Positions 18,178 through 26,802 of a DNA stretch of 64,000 nucleotides are shown one piece after another (the first letter of the stretch is position 1; each line of letters opens with the position of its first letter). The notes under the pieces were generated by a model. That model was given only the letters and a program-made list of their open reading frames with translations, had not been told where the DNA came from and ran no database searches. Made by a program: the position numbers and the translations under genes. Location of the stretch: the IMG/VR virus record IMGVR_UViG_3300023174_000090, positions 47,557-111,556 of that record, one strand, 5' to 3'. Origin of the DNA: a virus.

Positions 18178-18907
18178 TTTTATTAATACCAGTTTATTCC
18201 CATCCATAACAGCAACCAGTGGATTTAGAGATTGGTTGGAAGAGGTTGTTAAATATGCCGATGTTGAAGATTTCGATCCGATACTAAAACCTCATAAAAC
18301 ACCAAATGGATATGTAAATGACGATGGAACACCATATCAAGAATTTGATTATAATCAATTACTTCCAGATTTCGAAACATTAAGCGGAATAGGAGATGCT
18401 AGATTTTCTTTGGGTCATATAGTTTCTAGTGTTTTTGATAAGTTTCAAGCTAAAATTGAATTATACACAGAAATTGCACAAGCGGGAGGCTGTCAAATAA
18501 TTGATGAGTTTATATGTGACGAGACTGGTATTCCAATTAAGAAAAGTTCATATAATTGTCCAGAAAATATAATAGTATCACCAATAGAACCGATTGAAGT
18601 TGTAAATTTTGTAACTTCAATATATGCACAAAAAGTAGAAGAGGACATTGTAGCCTTTCATGCATTTATAACACAATCATATGCGAATATAGGATATGCT
18701 GTGGATTTAGTATATGTTTCGGAACTTCCATATTTTATTTTTGTTAAAGTGACTAAGGGAAGTAGTAGAGAATATATACGATATTATTATAATGACAGGG
18801 AAAGATTATCACAGATTTTTAATAAACCATTAACAGCCGAACCTATTAACACCGATATTGTAGCCGCAACCACAAACCAAATTCCGGTGTATAATAAAAA
18901 TATTTAA
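18170..18907 (+). CDS. Hypothetical protein
   Basis: Intact ORF of about 245 aa; converges with the tail genes. Confidence 0.55.
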   Translation: MSSFINTSLFPSITATSGFRDWLEEVVKYADVEDFDPILKPHKTPNGYVNDDGTPYQEFDYNQLLPDFETLSGIGDARFSLGHIVSSVFDKFQAKIELYTEIAQAGGCQIIDEFICDETGIPIKKSSYNCPENIIVSPIEPIEVVNFVTSIYAQKVEEDIVAFHAFITQSYANIGYAVDLVYVSELPYFIFVKVTKGSSREYIRYYYNDRERLSQIFNKPLTAEPINTDIVAATTNQIPVYNKNI

Positions 18908-20925
18908 GGCGGACATTCTTCTGTAGGCAATGCAGAAAGTGAGATGTTTGTGTTTGGTATAGTGTTTGGTATAGTGTTTGTACCTGTAATTCCATACATA
19001 ACGCTAAACACCGGAGCGGGATTTAGCGTTCCATCCGGACTTCTTGTTATAGGATATTTTATATAATTACCTCCATTAAAAGGATCTAATGGATTTAATT
19101 TATAATTTTCATTTCTTTTTTTAGTGTAAAGACTTCCGCCACCACAGCCTCCGGGTTTTGATCTAGGACCGGGAGACAACCCATCTCCCATTGCAGGATT
19201 CGGTGTTGGTATGGGACTTCCAGCGGTTCTTTCTTGTCCCCACGCCTTTCTATTATGCCAATAACTACCCTTCGGTAGTGTCACTTCATGTGAATGATCG
19301 CCGCCTACCGTCATATGAGTGTGCTTCCAGTTAAAAATCCATCCACTACACGGACCTGTTGTACCCCAACCAGCAAAAACTCCCGTTGGATATGGTTCAA
19401 CAACCATAGATTGCATTATCGCATCAACAATTTCAACAGTTAAAGAAAATATTCCTGTCATAGAAGTAGCATAACCGGGTTTTAAATATCTCAACGCAAT
19501 ATCTTTTGCTAAGTTTTTATTTGATAAAACCGCCGCTGGTGTGTTCCAAACCGCTCCTTCCGCTTTCATTTTAGATGAACATGAAACAGTGGACTCGGAA
19601 CGCATAGAAGGAACAATTAAAAATGGAGTAGATACTGCACCGTCTGTTGTTACTTGTCCTTTAAAAGCGGCATCCCCCCTAACATTAAATGAACCATTAA
19701 CTAAAGTATTTTGTGATTGAATAGACAGTCCACTATCTCCACTTTGATCGTCTGCATCTATAATAATATTTTTTCCTTTTATTGTTGTAACATTTCCGGA
19801 ACCAAAAACCGCTTCACCTTGATTTGCATTAAGTATTAAATCTCCGGACATTATATTAAATCTTCCGGTAGTTTGCATATCAATTCCGGGAGATCCTGCA
19901 TTTACTGTAAAGTTATTTGATACATCAAACATCACGCTTCCATGGGTTCTTTGCGGAGGTGTAAAAGTTATTTTCGGAGCACTACCTCTACTCCCAAGTG
20001 CCAGAGTACTTCCATTTCCATTTTTTCCGGGTTCAAAATAAAATGCAAATACATGATGTCCATTCTCCGAATATGCAGGGGCATTATTTTTTTTCAATCC
20101 AAATCTAAAAAGAACGTCTCCTTTATATACCTTACCTTCATTGCCTCCTGTTCCTAATTGTTCTGAATATTTTGATATATCTTTTTCGTTTTGTTTTATA
20201 GCATCTGTTACCGCTTTATCAGCAGCCTTCATGGCAGTTACGGGAGATTCTACCATTCCAGATTTACAAGCAGGACTACCACATCCAGCACTTCCAGTTA
20301 ATGCAATATTCTTTTTTTGACTTAGAATCGGAGATACCAATGTTCCAACCAATCGATGAATCGTATCAAAAGGAAAGCAAAAAAACGGACCTAATATTTT
20401 TCTTATAAAATCAAAAAAACTATCAACCAAAGCACTCTTATTATCAACCAAGTGAGTAACATTACACACCGGACATTGTGTGGGCTGTCCTTTTTGTTTT
20501 AAAGCTCGAAGTCTTGCTTCTTGAATTTTTTCCGTAATCTCTTGAAGCTTCTTTGCAGCTTCCATTTCCTTATCATCCTGATTCCCTTTTGATATTTTAT
20601 AATTCCCCTTAACTATCAAAGTTTTATTACCCGCAACAACCTCTTGACTATCCCCCTTAACGCTAACATTCATGTGCTTGGAAGCACCTAATGTTAAATT
20701 TTCAGCAGCATTTACTAAAATATGTCCTCCGGAAGATATTCTTATTTTAGATTGAGCGGTTTCATTATTGGATAATTCTATATAAGAGTTATCTTGTACC
20801 AAATTTGATTTATTAGGATTAAAACTGTTTAAAACAGCAAAAACAAGTCCTCCTATTGCTGTAAATAGACCATGATTTTCTAGTTTATATCCTTTATCTA
20901 ATCTTGGATTCGGTAAATTAGCCAT
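18904..20925 (-). CDS. Baseplate central spike, gp5 C-terminal beta-helix-like protein
   Basis: Short beta repeats (VKGDSQEVVAGNKTLIVKGNYKI; VNGSFNVRGDAAFKGQV) and two HxH motifs (KHTH, DHSH). Lies directly after the gp5 OB gene. Confidence 0.65.
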   Translation of the reverse strand: MANLPNPRLDKGYKLENHGLFTAIGGLVFAVLNSFNPNKSNLVQDNSYIELSNNETAQSKIRISSGGHILVNAAENLTLGASKHMNVSVKGDSQEVVAGNKTLIVKGNYKISKGNQDDKEMEAAKKLQEITEKIQEARLRALKQKGQPTQCPVCNVTHLVDNKSALVDSFFDFIRKILGPFFCFPFDTIHRLVGTLVSPILSQKKNIALTGSAGCGSPACKSGMVESPVTAMKAADKAVTDAIKQNEKDISKYSEQLGTGGNEGKVYKGDVLFRFGLKKNNAPAYSENGHHVFAFYFEPGKNGNGSTLALGSRGSAPKITFTPPQRTHGSVMFDVSNNFTVNAGSPGIDMQTTGRFNIMSGDLILNANQGEAVFGSGNVTTIKGKNIIIDADDQSGDSGLSIQSQNTLVNGSFNVRGDAAFKGQVTTDGAVSTPFLIVPSMRSESTVSCSSKMKAEGAVWNTPAAVLSNKNLAKDIALRYLKPGYATSMTGIFSLTVEIVDAIMQSMVVEPYPTGVFAGWGTTGPCSGWIFNWKHTHMTVGGDHSHEVTLPKGSYWHNRKAWGQERTAGSPIPTPNPAMGDGLSPGPRSKPGGCGGGSLYTKKRNENYKLNPLDPFNGGNYIKYPITRSPDGTLNPAPVFSVMYGITGTNTIPNTIPNTNISLSALPTEECPP
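18950..18980. repeat. 12-bp tandem repeat GTGTTTGGTATA x2.5 (encodes NTIP repeats)
   Basis: Seen directly in the sequence. Confidence 0.8.
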
Positions 20926-20943
20926 ATGTTTATTTATTAGATA

Positions 20944-22194
20944 TCAAGCAGATTCAACTATGGATGCAAAATATACTGGACGCTGTATATCGCCTCCATG
21001 AAAAAACACCCACACCTTTGCAGATTCATTTGGAATGGAAAATATACCATTCGGAGATCCCCTTGCAGAGGTAAATACATCTTTACCAATTGAAAGTGCT
21101 AAGATTGCACTTAAATCATCATTTTTTACTATTTTGGGAGCAGCTTGGGAGTCTTCTGATTGATCCGTAGATGCCACAGTTGTATTAGCACCGGAAAGAT
21201 AATCTTCATAAGAATAAGATTCCGTGGAAGCCATTTTTTTTGCTAATAATTGTTGTTGATTTCTTGATAAATCTTTTTCTTGCTTCTTACCCTGAACTAC
21301 TTCTGTAATGTTTGCTATAGGACCGAATCCCGCACTTAATCTAGCGATTCCAGAACCATATTTATTTGCAGAGGGATATTTATTAGTAAAAATAAGATTC
21401 TCCGCATATTTTATTGCAACCTTAGTGTTAACTTCGGGATCTGCCCATGCTCCTGAACTAAGATCTTTTGCTGTTAATGTGCTGTTTTCCTTTCCTAATT
21501 GATAGAGTCCTACTGATGTTGCACTATCAAAGGAAACTGCTTTACCTTCCCTATTAGAGGTGTTAGAGGGATTGAGAGTAGTTTCCACAACCGCCAATCT
21601 GGCTAAAAAATGTGCAACCTCCTCCCTCGAACTACTATAAATTCCATATGTTTCTCTCTCTTTAGCGGAAAGAGGCATTCCGACGAGTTTACTTCCCTCC
21701 AATAATCTATACACCCTTTCATATTGAGCTTTAAATACGGGATTCATATTAGAAGTATTAATAGTTCCTCCATAAGAAAGTGAAAGTGGTTGTTCTGCAT
21801 TTCCATCACTCGTTAACAAAGCTGTAGAATTTGCAATAGTATCGGATTCTGTTGAACTTACCGTTCCTCCACCCGAGAATCCAGTAAATGTGGGATTTGT
21901 ATTATTTACAGCAATATTTCCACTGCTAGAATTTGATGTTACAGACGTTGCTCCTCCGAATATGGGAACAGCAGCCTCTGCCCACGGTAAAATTTGTTTT
22001 AATTTATTCAATACACCCAAACTAGCCAATTCTGTAGTATTTCTAAATTGAATATCGGATAAATTTTCTCTATTATTCCAATCTTTAAATAAAGTAGTTG
22101 ATAAATGAGGAATAAACACCTGAACTCTTCCCCTGTTCTCTGGATCATTTGTATTAACGACCATTCCTAAGTGATTTCCTACTACTAATTCCAT
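20944..22194 (-). CDS. gp5: gp5 N-terminal OB-fold protein with an inserted lytic transglycosylase (SLT/lysozyme-like) domain
   Basis: GMVVNTNDPENRGRVQV...LPWA at the N-terminus and IPNESAKVWVFFHGGDIQRPVY at the C-terminus are the two halves of the gp5/VgrG OB-fold. Between them lie LAVVETTLNP, SVGLYQL and DPEVNTKVAIKY. Confidence 0.75.
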   Translation of the reverse strand: MELVVGNHLGMVVNTNDPENRGRVQVFIPHLSTTLFKDWNNRENLSDIQFRNTTELASLGVLNKLKQILPWAEAAVPIFGGATSVTSNSSSGNIAVNNTNPTFTGFSGGGTVSSTESDTIANSTALLTSDGNAEQPLSLSYGGTINTSNMNPVFKAQYERVYRLLEGSKLVGMPLSAKERETYGIYSSSREEVAHFLARLAVVETTLNPSNTSNREGKAVSFDSATSVGLYQLGKENSTLTAKDLSSGAWADPEVNTKVAIKYAENLIFTNKYPSANKYGSGIARLSAGFGPIANITEVVQGKKQEKDLSRNQQQLLAKKMASTESYSYEDYLSGANTTVASTDQSEDSQAAPKIVKNDDLSAILALSIGKDVFTSARGSPNGIFSIPNESAKVWVFFHGGDIQRPVYFASIVESA

Positions 22195-22203
22195 AATTTA
22201 TTA

Positions 22204-23571
22204 TTATTCGGGCTTTTGATATACGGAAAATTTTTCTATAGTAGTTCCAACCCACCCAAAAGGATTTAAACTGATATTTAATGGGGGTAAATTTCCCGAT
22301 ATTCCTGAAATACTATACGGATATGGATTTATTGTGTCATTTATATTAATTCCATATCCTCCGTTTCTGTACCATTCACTTCTATTGCCAACAGTTCCTG
22401 CTGTTGCTAATACATCCCCTATCGGTCCTAATGATGCACCCAATCCATATCGTTGAACAATAGTATTTGCAATTGCAAGAGCCTCATTATTAGAAGAAAC
22501 TCCAAATCCTATGTGTTGCACCAACTTTCCAAGCAATGCTTGGGGTAAATTTCCGACATATCTTATAAAATCTGTAACTTGTTTTGCTTCATTTGGAAAA
22601 AGAGTAGCCAAACCATTCAAAGGATCATATGCAAAATTAACCCCAAACGATGCATAATTCACAACAGTTTGAATAGCATTCAAAGTTTGAAAAAGATTAT
22701 CAGATCCCTTGAATAATTGTGCAAAAAATCCAACATCATCCAATATTGTTTGAACTGCTTCTAAAATTAAACATATAAGACTCAAGGGTATGATACTTTC
22801 AATAACGCTTATCAAATATTGTTGAACCATTCTGTATATATTATTCAACCATACGTATAATTGTTTTATTGCTAACACCATTCCTTGATATATTTCCACA
22901 ATTGCTTGATAAAATGCTGTAACTGCTCCCGTAATAAACCACATTGCTTGTGATAACCCCCCAAAAGAATCAGAAGGAAGAGACAAATATGATCTAGTGC
23001 GTATAACATTACATATATTTTCAATTTCATCAACCATTCCGGGGTGTATCGAATTTAACAAGTCTGCACCCAAACAAGGAGCATTAACACCGGGACCTGT
23101 CATAATATTAAAATTATTATGTGCAGAAAATCTTGTAAAAGATCCATTAGAACCAATATCTTTCAATTCATCTTTACGTCCTGCGGGAGTATTTTTTAAA
23201 AGTTCTTCAAATTTATTCGATTTAATATAAGTTATAAATTCTTTATATAAATCTGGAGTTATTGTAACCGAATCTGATCCAATATAATCAAATTTTGTGT
23301 AAATCGCATCATATCCTTCAATCAATATGTATAAATAAGCAGCATATTTGTTTTCATTGGGCATTACACTATGTTTTATCTTGTAAAGAACTCCATTAAA
23401 ATCAAAAGCAAGTCCCGTTTTAACTTCCATAGTAGCTATTGATATAGATTCTGCACTATTTTGTAAAACATTGTTGACAGAAACTCTAATAGCAGATAAA
23501 CCACCCGTCACAGAAGATGCGGTTTTCTTTATACTGGCTGCTAACGGATTTTTTGGTATTGCTTTTTCCAT
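22204..23571 (-). CDS. Hypothetical virion/baseplate protein with a long hydrophobic helical region
   Basis: Intact ORF in the tail cluster; hydrophobic at about aa 205-320. Confidence 0.5.
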   Translation of the reverse strand: MEKAIPKNPLAASIKKTASSVTGGLSAIRVSVNNVLQNSAESISIATMEVKTGLAFDFNGVLYKIKHSVMPNENKYAAYLYILIEGYDAIYTKFDYIGSDSVTITPDLYKEFITYIKSNKFEELLKNTPAGRKDELKDIGSNGSFTRFSAHNNFNIMTGPGVNAPCLGADLLNSIHPGMVDEIENICNVIRTRSYLSLPSDSFGGLSQAMWFITGAVTAFYQAIVEIYQGMVLAIKQLYVWLNNIYRMVQQYLISVIESIIPLSLICLILEAVQTILDDVGFFAQLFKGSDNLFQTLNAIQTVVNYASFGVNFAYDPLNGLATLFPNEAKQVTDFIRYVGNLPQALLGKLVQHIGFGVSSNNEALAIANTIVQRYGLGASLGPIGDVLATAGTVGNRSEWYRNGGYGININDTINPYPYSISGISGNLPPLNISLNPFGWVGTTIEKFSVYQKPE

Positions 23572-23596
23572 AATTAAATGATATAATCTGTATTCG

Positions 23597-24211
23597 ATGT
23601 CTAAATCTATAATCTATCCTCCAATTGGAATTTCAGGCTCCGCTTTATCAGGAAAAGATTCTTTATGTACATATATTATTTATATTCTCGATCTATATTA
23701 CAATATAAAGGCTAAAAGATGTTCAATTGCAGGAGATAAAATAAAAAACGACCTGAAGGAGATGTTATTTTCAAAAATAGGAGCAGAAATTGACCTAAAC
23801 GACCCGATACAGAAGGAAAAAGTTCGTCCATTGATGGTTGAATATGGAAGATATATGAGAAATCGCACAATGGGTAGATATTTTATAGAAAATATAGACA
23901 ATTCCCTCTTCGGAAAGGGATATATTCCCATAATTCCCGACATTCGATATGCAGAATTCGAAAAAGATGAAATTTTTTGGCTTAAAACTGAAAAAAAAGG
24001 ACTTTTAATCTTTATTGATAGGGAAAATAACCCACCCGCAAACGAATTTGAAGAAAAAAACAATATTATTTTAAAAAAAGAGGCAAATATTGTAATAAAT
24101 GCTCCAAATCTCTTTTCAACTGAAAAATATTTAGATTTTATGGAAGATTATGTATATGATATTATCACCACTTACCTACGGGACATCTCTCCGCTTTTAG
24201 ATAAGTCTTAA
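23597..24211 (+). CDS. Deoxynucleoside monophosphate kinase (T4 gp1-like)
   Basis: GISGSALSGKDS P-loop, RPLMVEYG and IIPDIRY motifs. Confidence 0.75.
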   Translation: MSKSIIYPPIGISGSALSGKDSLCTYIIYILDLYYNIKAKRCSIAGDKIKNDLKEMLFSKIGAEIDLNDPIQKEKVRPLMVEYGRYMRNRTMGRYFIENIDNSLFGKGYIPIIPDIRYAEFEKDEIFWLKTEKKGLLIFIDRENNPPANEFEEKNNIILKKEANIVINAPNLFSTEKYLDFMEDYVYDIITTYLRDISPLLDKS

Positions 24212-24476
24212 TTGCCATATTACATCCACATTTTGAGCATCTTTGACTCTCTTTAATAAAGAATTCACATCCATTACATATGGATAATCTGCGATTTGCT
24301 TCTTCCTGAGAGATGTTTAAAGAATTTCCACTCGCTACGCTTGCAACATTTCTAACAACACTACCTGCCAAGTTCTTAGCCATTGTAAAATTTGATGGAA
24401 GTTGTTGTTTTGTGCTCGATTGTAACTTTTTGATACGATCACTTTGTAAGCTTTTTATTAAAGAATTTCTATCCAT
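24165..24476 (-). CDS. Small Cys-rich metal-binding protein (DUF6171-like)
   Basis: RLSICNGC...CSKCGC...CPVGKW; TAAATA 6 nt upstream. Confidence 0.65.
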   Translation of the reverse strand: MDRNSLIKSLQSDRIKKLQSSTKQQLPSNFTMAKNLAGSVVRNVASVASGNSLNISQEEANRRLSICNGCEFFIKESQRCSKCGCNMAIKTYLKAERCPVGKW

Positions 24477-24478
24477 AC

Positions 24479-26194
24479 TTAATATTTATCTGTTTTGACG
24501 TCCCAATGTTTGTTAAATGTATCTAATTTAGAACAAATAACATCTGTCGTATATGTTTCTCTTGTAAATCGATGCTTTACATTTAAAATCATCCATTGTC
24601 CTAAAAATCTATCATCAAATACATTATTATTTCCACTAGAAGAATCTTTATCTACAAACAAAAACCTTCCGGGACTTCTATTTGTAAGTCCCAAAGTCCT
24701 AAAATAAAGAGCTTGTCCCAATAAACACAACGATCTTAACATGTGAATTTGAGAATTTCTTGTAGAAAAGAATTTTCTAACATTATGAATGTTATTTGTT
24801 AATAATCCACTACTTTTTGTTTTATTAATATTCATTAATATTTCCGCATTATTATTTTTAGATTTAAAACTATACAAACCTTCTTTAGCAAACTCTTTTA
24901 TCTTATTGTAAGCATCTTCTATTGTATTTTCTTTAAAAAATATGTTAAATTGATTGGATTCGAAATCATAATTATGAGAAGGAGTATTAGCAAGATTCAA
25001 ATCATCAACAGGTAACATTGGAACAAATTTATAATCAAGTATTTTAGATGCAATTCCGGAACTAAAGTTTTTGATAGTCCCTTCCTGTGTCAAATCTGCC
25101 CTTGGAAAATATGGAGGTAAATCAGAATTGCCCATCGTATCTGTAACACTTATATGTTCAACTTGTTGTTTGCTCGAATCTTGTATTAATGTCTTTAGAG
25201 AAGTTAAATAAAATTTTTTCCCACCCTCAACATCATGCCTATCCAATTCTAAAAATACCGGACCTCCGTTTTCTGATTCAAAATCATTCATTACATAATT
25301 TAAATCGCCAATTGCCGATTCATTTGTGGGCGATGTATATAATATCATACCATCATTTCCAGCTACACCCTTATCCCAACGGTCATTATCAAAATTATCA
25401 AAGCGAGTTTTTTCATAAATAATCGAGGATTTTTCATTAAAAGAAGAACCATTTAAAATAGCAGCTTGAGTTCGTTCTACCCCAACTTCTATATAAGGTT
25501 TTTCTGATTTCGGAGAATCAAATTGTTTAGAACTGAAGTTAGGATCCGAATCATTAGATGCTGCTGCTTTTATGATAGATTGTATAGCATCGCTTATTGG
25601 CATGGACCTTTGAGTATCTGATGCATCTATATTTCCCTGATTAGGACCGTATAATGCAGTGGACCATTCTAATTTACGCTCACTCATTATTTGGTATCGT
25701 TCTTCTTGAAAATAAAATTTACGTCTTTTTATTTCAGAATTATCAGTTTTTAAATCCTCTATATCATATATAATCAATTCAAAAGACATTTCCCAATATT
25801 CTTTAGGAAGTTCTATATCTTTTACAATAGGAAATATTTTTAAATAAACTTTGTTTCTGCCATCACTTCTAAATGCAAAAGGGGAATCTATTTTATAAGT
25901 TGGATTTTTTTTATTCGTGGATAATGGATACGACCCTCTTTCAAAAAACTCAAAATCATTAACTAAAACTACGTATCCCTTAGTGTTCCAACTTTCTAAT
26001 GTTTCTTCGATAACCAATTCCTCTATAAAAAAGAACGGAATTTTTATAGGTTTAAAATTATCTAATTGATTATCCATCCAAGTTTCAATATAAAACAATT
26101 GATTTCCAATCTGAACGGTAAATGCTTCATCTGTTATTGCTATAATATCTGAAGGAGCCTCCCTGTTTATATTGGATACTTGTGTAAGATTCAT
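24479..26194 (-). CDS. Baseplate hub protein (gp27-like)
   Basis: LVIEETL near the N-terminus and GQWMILNVKHRF...YTTDVIC at the C-terminus are typical of gp27/VgrG hubs; tail context. Confidence 0.6.
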   Translation of the reverse strand: MNLTQVSNINREAPSDIIAITDEAFTVQIGNQLFYIETWMDNQLDNFKPIKIPFFFIEELVIEETLESWNTKGYVVLVNDFEFFERGSYPLSTNKKNPTYKIDSPFAFRSDGRNKVYLKIFPIVKDIELPKEYWEMSFELIIYDIEDLKTDNSEIKRRKFYFQEERYQIMSERKLEWSTALYGPNQGNIDASDTQRSMPISDAIQSIIKAAASNDSDPNFSSKQFDSPKSEKPYIEVGVERTQAAILNGSSFNEKSSIIYEKTRFDNFDNDRWDKGVAGNDGMILYTSPTNESAIGDLNYVMNDFESENGGPVFLELDRHDVEGGKKFYLTSLKTLIQDSSKQQVEHISVTDTMGNSDLPPYFPRADLTQEGTIKNFSSGIASKILDYKFVPMLPVDDLNLANTPSHNYDFESNQFNIFFKENTIEDAYNKIKEFAKEGLYSFKSKNNNAEILMNINKTKSSGLLTNNIHNVRKFFSTRNSQIHMLRSLCLLGQALYFRTLGLTNRSPGRFLFVDKDSSSGNNNVFDDRFLGQWMILNVKHRFTRETYTTDVICSKLDTFNKHWDVKTDKY

Positions 26195-26199
26195 ATACG

Positions 26200-26799
26200 T
26201 TAACAATTAGTCGAATTTACATCAGATAATAAATCTACACTTAATCTACTAAAAATAAAAGTTGCAGTACATATAATTTCTGAACCGGATTGGAAAGAAA
26301 AATCTATAGGACTGAGACTTGTTATAAATGCATTTTCATATTTAAATTCAATTACTTTATTATTAAATTCATCCAATCCAAAAACACTAAATGTTGCCAT
26401 ATAATCTGACATTGGATTTTTTAATATTAATTCTTTTTGGGTAACAACTGCCGCTGCCGCAACATCGCTTGTACTATTTTGGTTATCATTGAATAGATTC
26501 AACCATTTCCATAATATCCAATAATTTTGATATCCATTATCTATTAAAAATTTTAAAGACAATGCTTCATATGCAGGTCTCGAAAAACTAGAGGTATTAT
26601 AAACCTGACCCCCAAAAGAAATGGCTTTTTCTGGTATTTTTATATTCGGAACAGGAGAACCAAATGTAGTGAATTGTATTTTATTTGCACTATAAGAATC
26701 CTGCATTACCAAATCTGAGGTTTTTTTTAAATTTTTAGGCAAGTCCATGACAAATAAAAATTTATCATTTCTAGATCTGTTTAAAATTGTTTGATTCAT
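26200..26799 (-). CDS. Tail tube terminator/completion protein (gp3-like, tube fold)
   Basis: FLFVMDLP, YEALSLKFLID..YQNYWILWKW, FKYENAFITSLSPIDF, CTATF. Confidence 0.65.
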   Translation of the reverse strand: MNQTILNRSRNDKFLFVMDLPKNLKKTSDLVMQDSYSANKIQFTTFGSPVPNIKIPEKAISFGGQVYNTSSFSRPAYEALSLKFLIDNGYQNYWILWKWLNLFNDNQNSTSDVAAAAVVTQKELILKNPMSDYMATFSVFGLDEFNNKVIEFKYENAFITSLSPIDFSFQSGSEIICTATFIFSRLSVDLLSDVNSTNC

Positions 26800-26802
26800 A
26801 TA

